Shown: positions 17,290-25,375 of the stretch, piece by piece | How positions within the stretch are numbered: the first letter of the stretch is position 1 | How the letters are laid out: each line of letters opens with the position of its first letter | Assembly (NCBI GenBank): GCA_043732305.1 | Contig: JAYTHU010000190.1 | Location: 1 to 25,876, forward strand | DNA: 25,876 bases | Source of the DNA: Oligoflexia bacterium | GTDB lineage: Bacteria > Bdellovibrionota > Bdellovibrionia > JABDDW01 | Direction: 5' to 3' | Notes under the pieces: generated by a model | What the model saw: only the letters and a program-made list of their open reading frames with translations | The model's database searches: none | What the model was told of the DNA's origin: nothing | Translations under genes and position numbers: made by a program

Positions 17290-18333
17290 TTAGTAAATGC
17301 AGTTCAGCGGCACGCTGAGATAGACGGTGTCGAGAGTTTGAACGATAGCTAGTGAAGTCGAATAGATTTTCCCAGACACAGTGATGAATTTTTGAGCCAC
17401 ACCGGTATTCCCGTAATTTGATCCAGTCACAACATATCCTGCAGAAATCGGATGACTTGCGAAAGTGGCCGTGAAGAAGTTGTTCGTGCCTACGCAACTG
17501 TAGCCTGGTGTATTTTGCGGAGGGGGAAGTGTGCCATCATTTGTTCCCGAGACTGGAACGTCTTGAACCGTTCCATCCGGAAGGTAAAGTGTGACTCTCG
17601 TATCGACGGCTCCTTGGATCAATCCCCATCCTTTTATTTTCACCGTGCAACTGTCAGCAGAATTGTTTTGTTGTGACGGATTATTTTGTTGTGAAGGAAG
17701 AGCCATCGCATATGTCGTGGTGACTGAGCCCCATTGAGAGCCGGCAATTAATCCAAAGGCAGTTCCGGTTCCACCGGAGTTACAGGTCGCAAGTCCAAGC
17801 AAGCTTGAGGTCTGAGTTGTAAGGCAGTCAGAGGGTGGAATAGCGTTGTAATTGCCGGCTGCATACGATGCTGTGGCTCCGGTAACCGTCGTAGCTACAG
17901 ACGCCGTAGTGGCGCTGAAAGTGTATTTTGCATTGAAGCCGCAAGAGTAACTGATGGGTTTTCCGCTCAAGAAAGAATATGACCCATAGATTGTGGCTAG
18001 ATCTGGAACAGCAGGGTTCAATACGGTGGAAGTTGAACAGGTGGCACCGTTGCCATCGGATACGGAAACAGATTTATTTGTGGCAGCACTATTTCCCCAG
18101 GCCCATCCACTGACCACCATTTGACAATGATTCCAGTAAACATTTTCCACTGCACCGCAACCAGAGGTAGGGCATGAAGCGATAACACTCGTTGCCGTTG
18201 CGCTTCCGAATGTCAGTCCTGGCGCGCCCACAGTTCCGCCGCAATTTTGGAATTGGGAAATGGTGACGATTGAAGTTAAAAATAGAAATAAAAAAGTGAT
18301 TTTTCGATTAGTCGAAATCTTAATTTTGCCCAT
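17290..18333 (-). CDS. FQNC-type lipoprotein, Cys/Thr/Ser/Gly-rich, with two putative Ig-like domains
   Basis: Hydrophobic leader ending QFQNC; repeated C.(V)..GW(A/G)...V.V..DG...F pattern; sigma28 promoter upstream. Confidence 0.75.
   Translation of the reverse strand: MGKIKISTNRKITFLFLFLTSIVTISQFQNCGGTVGAPGLTFGSATATSVIASCPTSGCGAVENVYWNHCQMVVSGWAWGNSAATNKSVSVSDGNGATCSTSTVLNPAVPDLATIYGSYSFLSGKPISYSCGFNAKYTFSATTASVATTVTGATASYAAGNYNAIPPSDCLTTQTSSLLGLATCNSGGTGTAFGLIAGSQWGSVTTTYAMALPSQQNNPSQQNNSADSCTVKIKGWGLIQGAVDTRVTLYLPDGTVQDVPVSGTNDGTLPPPQNTPGYSCVGTNNFFTATFASHPISAGYVVTGSNYGNTGVAQKFITVSGKIYSTSLAIVQTLDTVYLSVPLNCIY
17662..17697 (-). repeat. 18-bp tandem duplication encoding PSQQNN x2
   Basis: Plus-strand ATTGTTTTGTTGTGACGG followed by ATTATTTTGTTGTGAAGG. 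Confidence 0.85.
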
Positions 18334-18349
18334 TTTGCCCTCGACTAAA

Positions 18350-18376
18350 GTATCGGCAAATTCACAACAAACTTAA
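18350..18376 (-). promoter_or_regulatory. Sigma28 (FliA) promoter for the 18333 gene
   Basis: Minus strand reads TTAAGTTT-N11-GCCGATAC versus consensus TAAAGTTT-N11-GCCGATAA. Confidence 0.85.
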
Positions 18377-18398
18377 GATTTTCCCTGGATTTTCCCTG
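18377..18398. repeat. Perfect 11-bp tandem direct repeat (GATTTTCCCTG x2), candidate operator
   Basis: Units at 18377-18387 and 18388-18398 plus a partial third (GTTTTC); directly abuts the sigma28 -35 box. Confidence 0.75.
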
Positions 18399-18463
18399 GT
18401 TTTCAGCTCTATTATCCGTTTTAAATGTTTAAAAGCGTCTCAAGTGAATCAAGCGCAATGAGG

Positions 18464-19102
18464 TTACTTTTCGCCTTCGCCCAACTCTTTATGGATTTGA
18501 TCTAAACTTTCAGGCGTGAAATCTTGTACTTTAATGTGAGACGAGGAAATGTCGCCTATCATAGACATGAGCCAAAAAATTATGACAACAATGGCAATGG
18601 CACCCAGTATTTGTGAGAGTTTTTTCTTATCGAGCAGAAAATTTTCAGAAAATCCAATGATCAAAAGCAAAGTTGTGACAACTACGGAAATCAATCCGAT
18701 GGGACGGGCCAATGTCCAAACGGTGGATAGAATTTGTCCGGGAAGTGCTGCAAGAATCACGATGGTAAATACTTTTCTAAATTCTAATTCTACTTTGAAA
18801 GAGAAGAGACATATATAATACATGACTCCTGCTGTGATACTTGTGGTGAGAAGATTCATGACCGGGCCTATGATAAGGCCCAAAAAAGCTGCGAAGACAT
18901 GTCCAGAAATAATCCCACCCAAAACACCAATCAAAATTCCAATCGTTGTTTCTAAAATCAGTAGCGTTGGCCAATCCCATTGAGGGACGTGTTTAATTCC
19001 TTCCACTGGATTTCTAAAATACGTGGGAAGGTAGACTGCAATTTCGCGCAAGCGCTTGTTGATTTCAGTCCAGCTAAAATATGAATTGGCAGGGGAGTCC
19101 AT
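18464..19102 (-). CDS. Yip1-like multi-pass membrane protein
   Basis: YFRNP followed by about five hydrophobic segments. Start moved from TTG 19174 to ATG 19102, which has GGAG (19112-19115) 9 nt upstream and removes the overlap with the lipase gene. Confidence 0.7.
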   Translation of the reverse strand: MDSPANSYFSWTEINKRLREIAVYLPTYFRNPVEGIKHVPQWDWPTLLILETTIGILIGVLGGIISGHVFAAFLGLIIGPVMNLLTTSITAGVMYYICLFSFKVELEFRKVFTIVILAALPGQILSTVWTLARPIGLISVVVTTLLLIIGFSENFLLDKKKLSQILGAIAIVVIIFWLMSMIGDISSSHIKVQDFTPESLDQIHKELGEGEK

Positions 19103-19142
19103 TGATGTTTTCTCCGGTTGGCGTTGTGTAGGATTCCTAAAG

Positions 19143-19913
19143 CTATTTTGCGGTTTGAAGATCTCTTTCTGCAAGGAAAATACTTTGGTCTAAGAAAACT
19201 TCATGAGCGGTCTTTTCAGATTTCGGCCAGGGACCCGCTCCTATGACCTGAATATGGTCTCCGGGAAATAAAATGACCTTATCGCAAACATGAATAGCCC
19301 CTTTTTGAGATTCGAGGGGAATGATGCCGTCATTCTTTGGGGAAAAGCCTTCACGTTTCAAATAGGAATGAAGGATTTTGTGTTGAACTTTAAGCAGTGG
19401 ATTCAGAGGATATTTTGGATCAGCCAAAATCGTGCTCAAGTGAACACCTTCTGGTTTAACAAAACTCTTCACGTAATTTATCGCCGATTGCTTTCGCAGT
19501 TCTGTATGCAATTGAGAACTGAATCGCCCCAAAAAGTCAGCCCAAGGCGTCCCTTCAAAAGGAGGGCTGACAAATGTCACAGACTCAATTTTGCCTTTGA
19601 CATCCAAATCGTCCATAAGTTTCATCGCATCGAGAGCACCCATAGAGTGGGCCATCAGATGAACTTTGCGAGCCTCTGTCGAGGCGCAAATTTTTAGTAT
19701 TTGCATTTTTAAGTCTGGCACGCGTTTAGACTGCGGGCCTCGCCAGTGAGTAAACAATTCGAAAATCTGAAATCCGTGATCGTTTAAATATTCGGGAATT
19801 CCATGCCAGTAGTCCTTGAAATTGAAAATGCTTTTGACCCCATGGAGAAAACAAATCGGGTAGCGGGTCAGTAATACGTTGGATCGGAGCTTGGGAGGAA
19901 AATTTTGTCGCAT
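19143..19913 (-). CDS. Alpha/beta-hydrolase (lipase/esterase)
   Basis: YPICFLHG oxyanion strand, AHSMG nucleophile elbow, PFEGTP, NDGIIP (Asp) and DH (His). Confidence 0.88.
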   Translation of the reverse strand: MRQNFPPKLRSNVLLTRYPICFLHGVKSIFNFKDYWHGIPEYLNDHGFQIFELFTHWRGPQSKRVPDLKMQILKICASTEARKVHLMAHSMGALDAMKLMDDLDVKGKIESVTFVSPPFEGTPWADFLGRFSSQLHTELRKQSAINYVKSFVKPEGVHLSTILADPKYPLNPLLKVQHKILHSYLKREGFSPKNDGIIPLESQKGAIHVCDKVILFPGDHIQVIGAGPWPKSEKTAHEVFLDQSIFLAERDLQTAK

Positions 19914-19948
19914 GGCCTAATTTAAGAACTTAAATGTGATTTTGTCGA

Positions 19949-20617
19949 TTAAAAATGGCCAGAGATGTTTACCGCTAGATCGATACTAGAAGGATCGTTA
20001 CCATTTGCGAGGGGCACGTGAGTGGAAAGTTCTAATCCTGCACTGAGTTCACCTGAGGGCCAATAATCAGCACCAAAAATAAGTACGGCAGCTCCACTGT
20101 TAAATGTCGATTCTTGGGCGGCCAAATTAGATCTCACTTGTGATTTGATATCGTAAAATCGATTGCCCAAACCCGCTCCGCCATGAAGAGTGACACCCTC
20201 GAGAATAGAGTGGTCGTAAATGATTCTTAGTTCGAAAGCGTTAGAAGAAAGGGTTGTGTCGTCAACCCCAGTCGCCGGGAAGTTCATGATCACGCCTTGG
20301 GCAATCCAGTTCGGCGAAAACAAATCAACGCCCACTCCCAATTGGAATCCTCGAATGCCGCCCTGTTCGCGAATTCCGGGAGCAATGTCATAAGATTGAA
20401 AAGATTCAAGTAGTCCCACGTTCACATGCACGCGGGTGTCATCGAATATGGAAGACTCGTTTTGTACTTTTTGTTTCGAATGAAGAGTGGGTGTCACATC
20501 ATCTATGTCGTAGGAACCAGAACTTGTTGCCGCAAAGGCTGTCTGGCCGATTGTAAAAGCTGAAATGAAAATGATTGAAACAAAACCTAGACAGGACAAG
20601 AAATTTTTACGAACCAT
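19949..20617 (-). CDS. Small outer-membrane beta-barrel protein
   Basis: Signal peptide ending AFA; about eight alternating strands; terminal Phe (LAVNISGHF); SD GAGGTGA at 20624-20630. Confidence 0.72.
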   Translation of the reverse strand: MVRKNFLSCLGFVSIIFISAFTIGQTAFAATSSGSYDIDDVTPTLHSKQKVQNESSIFDDTRVHVNVGLLESFQSYDIAPGIREQGGIRGFQLGVGVDLFSPNWIAQGVIMNFPATGVDDTTLSSNAFELRIIYDHSILEGVTLHGGAGLGNRFYDIKSQVRSNLAAQESTFNSGAAVLIFGADYWPSGELSAGLELSTHVPLANGNDPSSIDLAVNISGHF

Positions 20618-20730
20618 GTGTTATCACCTCTGGATATAATTCTAGCTTGAATGGTCTTGATTGGGTGGAGAATCTTGAATCTGTCAAATTCTTGGCAACC
20701 CTTTTACTTTGCGATATGTGAAAATGGGAC

Positions 20731-21156
20731 ATGGTCTATCGAAGTTCCTACCGTGAATGTTATTGTGCCTTCTGTAAAACGCCTCGAAAGCTGTTTGTCC
20801 AAAAGAAATTAAATATGTTTAATTATATTCAAGCCTTTTGTCTGGCCGGCTTTGCTAGTTTTCTTTTTTGGGGTGAGATCGATGCAAAGGCGTTGGTTAT
20901 TTTCTTTATTGCACTGTTAGGAATCGAATGTGCAATTTTGATTGTCCGTCGCCTCAATGTGCCTTGCCCTCACTGTGGATTTGACGCTTATCTTTACTCG
21001 AAAAATAAGGAACTTGCGTCCTCTCAGGTCAAAAAACACTTGGAAATCAGGCAGCTAGACCCCAATGTCTGGCTTGGCCGCAAGCCGCCTCTACAATTTG
21101 CCAAGAAAACCATTAAAAAGAACTCTGGCAAATCCACGAAAGAAATTGTAATTTAA
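20731..21156 (+). CDS. Hypothetical membrane protein with two CxxC pairs flanking a transmembrane hairpin
   Basis: CAFC near the N-terminus, two hydrophobic helices, then CPHCGFD and a basic tail. Confidence 0.7.
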   Translation: MVYRSSYRECYCAFCKTPRKLFVQKKLNMFNYIQAFCLAGFASFLFWGEIDAKALVIFFIALLGIECAILIVRRLNVPCPHCGFDAYLYSKNKELASSQVKKHLEIRQLDPNVWLGRKPPLQFAKKTIKKNSGKSTKEIVI

Positions 21157-21163
21157 TTTCTAA

Positions 21164-21877
21164 ATGAAAAAACTCATCGTCATTCCTACTTATAACGAGC
21201 GCGACAACATCGCCGAACTTATCAAAGTGATTTTTATGTTCGCCGGTGATGCGAACATTCTGGTCGTGGATGATTCTTCTCCTGATAAAACCGGAGACCT
21301 AGTTCGCGAAATTTCTGCTCGTGATCCCCGAGTGTTTTTACTCTCTCGCCCTGGAAAGAGCGGTTTAGGGAAAGCCTATATCGCTGGTTTCAAGTGGGCT
21401 TTGGAAAAGGGATATGAATTCATTGTAGAGATGGATGCCGACTGGAGTCACCCACCTCGTTTTCTCAAGGCCATGTTTGAAAATGGTGAGAAAACTGATT
21501 TTGTCATTGGTTCTCGATATGTTCCTGGCGGCGGTTCGGTCAATTGGACATTTCGTCGAAAGATGCTCTCAAAATTTGGAAGTTTCTACGCACGGTTTAT
21601 TCTAGGCGTGAAGATCAATGATTTTACCGGTGGCTTCAATGGCTGGCGCGCCGAGGTTTTGCGCGGTATAGATTTGGACACAGTCTCATCTGACGGATAC
21701 AGTTTTCAGATTGAAATAAAGTACAAAGCCGCCAAACACGGTTTCAAATTCGCTGAATTTCCCATCACCTTTGAGGAGCGACGTGAAGGACAAAGTAAAA
21801 TGTCTGGAGCCATCGTTCGCGAAGCGATGTGGAAAGTCTGGGCACTCCGCCAAAAAGCTCCACGATTATCTGCTTAG
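21164..21877 (+). CDS. Polyprenol-monophosphomannose synthase-like GT2 glycosyltransferase (Ppm1/Dpm1)
   Basis: VIPTYNERDNI, VVDDSSPDKTG, GLGKAY, MDADWSH, GSRYVPGG, GYSFQIE and R..GQSKM. Confidence 0.92.
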   Translation: MKKLIVIPTYNERDNIAELIKVIFMFAGDANILVVDDSSPDKTGDLVREISARDPRVFLLSRPGKSGLGKAYIAGFKWALEKGYEFIVEMDADWSHPPRFLKAMFENGEKTDFVIGSRYVPGGGSVNWTFRRKMLSKFGSFYARFILGVKINDFTGGFNGWRAEVLRGIDLDTVSSDGYSFQIEIKYKAAKHGFKFAEFPITFEERREGQSKMSGAIVREAMWKVWALRQKAPRLSA

Positions 21878-21884
21878 TTTAAAA

Positions 21885-22652
21885 TTAAAATTTCCATTTG
21901 GTGAACAATGTTTTTACATTTTTTTCGAGTTGCGCGCTTAATACTTCTGCGCTTACATTTTTGAGTTCACAAACTTTTTCAGCAGTGTGAACAATGTAAG
22001 CGGGTTCGTTTTTTCGACCGCGCATGGGGATCGGGGCTAAAAAAGGCGCATCTGTTTCAATGAAAAGGCGATCTATCGGGACAGTTTTTACTACTTCTCG
22101 CAAAGGTTCTGCAGTTTTAAAAGTAATCACGCCGCTGAGACTAATATACCATCCGATTTCAAGCGCGGCATCGGCAAGTTTCTGCGTTCCAGAAAAACAG
22201 TGAAGCATCCCGCGAACTTTGCCACTCCATTTTTTTAATTCTTCGATCGTGTCGTCTTCCGCATCACGAGTATGAATTTGCACGGGCAGATCAAGATCTG
22301 CGGCCAGCTGCATTTGTTTGTGAAATATAGCTCTCTGCACGGCACGGTCCGAATGGTCATAATAATAATCGAGACCCATTTCACCCAAACCCACAATGAA
22401 TGGCTTTTCTGAAAGTGCACGCATTTTATCTTCGATGGCCTGCGTGTAGAATTTTGCCTCATGAGGATGCACGCCAACTGTGGCCATTACAAAAGGCGAG
22501 TTCTGCTCTGCGATAGAACAAACTTTATCGAAATCATCCGGATGACAACCGATTGTGATCATACGGTTTACATTTTGAAGTTTTGCAGCTGCCAAAACAT
22601 CGGTTGCGTTTTTTTCAAGCATCTCAAGATGCGTGTGCACGTCAATCCACAT
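21885..22652 (-). CDS. tatD: TatD-family nuclease (YcfH-like)
   Basis: DVHTHL, GVHPH, GEMGLDYY, IHTRDA, HCF and ETDAPFLAP. Confidence 0.95.
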   Translation of the reverse strand: MWIDVHTHLEMLEKNATDVLAAAKLQNVNRMITIGCHPDDFDKVCSIAEQNSPFVMATVGVHPHEAKFYTQAIEDKMRALSEKPFIVGLGEMGLDYYYDHSDRAVQRAIFHKQMQLAADLDLPVQIHTRDAEDDTIEELKKWSGKVRGMLHCFSGTQKLADAALEIGWYISLSGVITFKTAEPLREVVKTVPIDRLFIETDAPFLAPIPMRGRKNEPAYIVHTAEKVCELKNVSAEVLSAQLEKNVKTLFTKWKF

Positions 22653-22700
22653 TTAGGTCGTCCCTCTCGGGCCACATAGGTCAGTTCCTTCCGGCCACAT
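22647..22700 (-). repeat. Imperfect 23-nt tandem repeat of the tatD start region, containing a 15-codon mini-ORF at 22653-22700
   Basis: Minus strand: ATGTGGCCGGAAGGAACTGACCT / ATGTGGCCCGAGAGGGACGACCT / AA-ATGTGG (tatD start). Confidence 0.75.
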
Positions 22701-24367
22701 TACTGAAGTCTCATGAAAAGGGGAGTCCCCATGTCTACTTTGCCGTGTTGGCCTGCGCCCCAGTTTTGAGCGGCAGAAATAGTCTCGGAACCTTCGGGAA
22801 GGTTTCTAAAAGCGGCAAGTAATTTTTCTTGTCCGAGGCGTCGCAAAATTTCTTCAGAAGTTGTCGGTATGAACGGCCAAAGCACAATCGCTGCAAGCCT
22901 GACACTTTCGGCCGCAACCGTAAGAACAGTTTTAAGCTGATCGAGTTTAGCAGGATCTTTTGCTAAAGCCCAAGGAGCTCGTTCTTCAACAAATTTATTT
23001 GTGAGTGAAAGAGCTGCAAATACTTTGTTTAAAATTTTTGAGTAGTCAAATTTTTCGTAATGCTCATCGGTGATACTTGCCACATCTGCAAAGGCCGTTT
23101 TGATTTGGCCCAGAAGTTCATCTTTTAAAGCCTCCGCCTCCGCTGCGGCACTTCCTCCGCCAATAAGCTTTAGAGAAGCATCATCGAAAATTTCTGCACC
23201 CAGGTTTTTGGTGACGAGGTTTAGACTTCGGCTCACTAAATTTCCCAGGTTGTTAGCAAGATCGGCGTTCACGCGCTCTTTGAAATTCTTCAAAGAGAAA
23301 TCACCATCTTGTCCCATTGGAAATTCTCGAAACAGAAAAAGCCTGAAGCTATCTGCTCCATACTCGGCCGTAAATGCGAGGGGCTCGATGGTATTGCCTA
23401 AGCTCTTGCTCATTTTTTCACCTTCAATAGTCCACCAGCCGTGAGCAAATATTCGCTTTGGCAATGGAAGTCCGACGCTCATGAGAAAGCAGGGCCAGTA
23501 CACAGCATGAAAGCGCAAAATATCTTTTCCGACTAAATGAATAGCTTTAGGTGCAGTTTCAGTTCCCCAAAATGTTTTGAACAGATTGTTTTTTTCAGAG
23601 GTATGCAAAGGATCGAGTGCTGAAACGTAATTCAAAAGAGCGTCAAACCAAACGTATACCACGTGTTTTTTATGAGCCGATGGAATCAATGTTTGACCCG
23701 CCGCTTTCATTGCTGAGTCGCTTTGTTTGGGAAATGGGATTCCCCAGCTGAACGTAGTACGGCTGATGCTGATGTCTCTGATGTCTTCTTCTAAGAAACT
23801 CAAAACTTCATTGCGTTTAGTTTCGGGCAAAATAAAATCAGGGTTGTCATGAATGTGCTTTTTCAAAGCAGCGACAAATTTAGAAAGTTTAAAGAAATAA
23901 TTCTCTTCTTTAATTTTTTTGACTTCTTTTCCAGTCGGACTTTTTCCGTTAACCAACTGACTCTCAGTGAAGAAAGTTTCATCAGAAACGCAGTACCAAC
24001 CTTCATATTCACCTAAGTAGATATCTCCGGATTCCATAGCTTTGGTTAGATAGTGGTCGACCACTTTTTTATGGCGATCCTCTGTCGTGCGAATGAAGTC
24101 ATCATAGGAGATGTTCATTTGATCCCAAGTGGTGCGAAACTTTTCGGACACACTGTCCGTGAATTCTTGTGGAGCGATTCCTTTTTTTGCAGCTGCTTCT
24201 TGAATTTTCTCACCGTGTTCATCCGTGCCAGTAAGAAAATGCACGTTCTTCCCTTTAACACGAGAGTAGCGGGCGAGAACATCGGCGGCGATGGTGCAAT
24301 AAGCTGTTCCCAAATGGGGGACATCATTCACATAATAAATTGGCGTTGTGACATAGAAGTTTTTCAT
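22700..24367 (-). CDS. metG: Methionine--tRNA ligase, short form without C-terminal tRNA-binding domain
   Basis: YVTTPIYYVN..PHLG, GTDEHG, YVWFDAL, GKDILRFH, KMSKS and LANNLGNL. Confidence 0.98.
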   Translation of the reverse strand: MKNFYVTTPIYYVNDVPHLGTAYCTIAADVLARYSRVKGKNVHFLTGTDEHGEKIQEAAAKKGIAPQEFTDSVSEKFRTTWDQMNISYDDFIRTTEDRHKKVVDHYLTKAMESGDIYLGEYEGWYCVSDETFFTESQLVNGKSPTGKEVKKIKEENYFFKLSKFVAALKKHIHDNPDFILPETKRNEVLSFLEEDIRDISISRTTFSWGIPFPKQSDSAMKAAGQTLIPSAHKKHVVYVWFDALLNYVSALDPLHTSEKNNLFKTFWGTETAPKAIHLVGKDILRFHAVYWPCFLMSVGLPLPKRIFAHGWWTIEGEKMSKSLGNTIEPLAFTAEYGADSFRLFLFREFPMGQDGDFSLKNFKERVNADLANNLGNLVSRSLNLVTKNLGAEIFDDASLKLIGGGSAAAEAEALKDELLGQIKTAFADVASITDEHYEKFDYSKILNKVFAALSLTNKFVEERAPWALAKDPAKLDQLKTVLTVAAESVRLAAIVLWPFIPTTSEEILRRLGQEKLLAAFRNLPEGSETISAAQNWGAGQHGKVDMGTPLFMRLQ

Positions 24368-25375
24368 TTAATTCAGTTCCTTGCTTGGCTGAGAGTTTTC
24401 AGTCAGAGCGTTTTTCATATTGATCCAAAAATTTTCGAAAGCTAATTTTCTATTCACATTCATGCTGAGGTCGCGTTCTAAAACGAGAATTTTTTGTCCC
24501 AAATCAATGAGCGCATCAGAGGAGTAGTGAGTCGCGAGATCTTCAAACGTTCCAATCTCATCGTCACTTCCTTGAGCGGAAACACCAAGTTTTATTCCCA
24601 GCAGTTGTCTCAGCCAATGTTGCCACAATTGCACTGCAAAAAGAGCGGTGTCACGGTCATCAGTGATTGGCCCCATCTTTTCAAAGCCTTCAAACGTGGG
24701 GGCATGAGGGACATTTTTAAAAACCGACAAAAGTTCAAAGCGTAAATTCTTTTTTCCTTCATCTAGCCATTGACTGAGCAAATCCAATCGACCTTGACAG
24801 AGTGGAATAGCCCAGAACGGAGCATCCGGCATGATTTGCTTAATTTCAGTATCTGAAAGCCCTCCGAAATTAATTTTCTGACAACGTGATTGAATGGTGG
24901 GGAGAATAGCTCCTCGAGAACTTGAAACGAGAATAAAATGACAGCCATCGGGTGGTTCTTCCAAAGATTTCAGGAGCGCGTTTGCGGCTTGCACGTTCAT
25001 TTTTTGCGCGTCATCAATGATGACAACTTTGCCATTATTTTTGAAGGATCTTAAATTTATAAAATTTTGAATATGTCTGATCATATCGATTTTGAGAACA
25101 GCTTCTGGTGTTCGAACAATCATCATATCTGGATGGGCGAAGTTTTTTACTTGAGCGCAAGAAGGACATTTTCCGCACGGCCCTTGCTCTTGATGCTCAC
25201 ATAAAATTCTTTGAGCAGTTGCAAGTGCTATAAGTTTTTTTCCTACTCCAGATGGACCGCTGAAAAGATAGGCTTGGCCAAGTTGTGCTGTTTTTAATAC
25301 TCGCACTTGAGTTTCATGGCCGATGATTTGATCAAATAAAACTGGTGAAGCTGAACGGACTTCTGTTTCGCTCAT
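24368..25375 (-). CDS. holB: DNA polymerase III subunit delta'
   Basis: GPSGVGK, C...PCGKCPSC zinc site, HPD, ANALLKSLEEPP and LPTIQSRC; located between tmk and metG. Confidence 0.95.
   Translation of the reverse strand: MSETEVRSASPVLFDQIIGHETQVRVLKTAQLGQAYLFSGPSGVGKKLIALATAQRILCEHQEQGPCGKCPSCAQVKNFAHPDMMIVRTPEAVLKIDMIRHIQNFINLRSFKNNGKVVIIDDAQKMNVQAANALLKSLEEPPDGCHFILVSSSRGAILPTIQSRCQKINFGGLSDTEIKQIMPDAPFWAIPLCQGRLDLLSQWLDEGKKNLRFELLSVFKNVPHAPTFEGFEKMGPITDDRDTALFAVQLWQHWLRQLLGIKLGVSAQGSDDEIGTFEDLATHYSSDALIDLGQKILVLERDLSMNVNRKLAFENFWINMKNALTENSQPSKELN

Noticed and set aside
19103..19174. TTG start at 19174 for the Yip1-like gene, overlapping the lipase
   Set aside because: ATG 19102 has a well-spaced GGAG and avoids the overlap.
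20646..20678. CTTGA repeated three times in the divergent promoter region
   Set aside because: A 5-mer with irregular spacing is insufficient support.
20692..20708. TTGGCAACCCTTTTAC as a sigma54 promoter for the 20731 gene
   Set aside because: The -12 position is AC, not the near-invariant GC.
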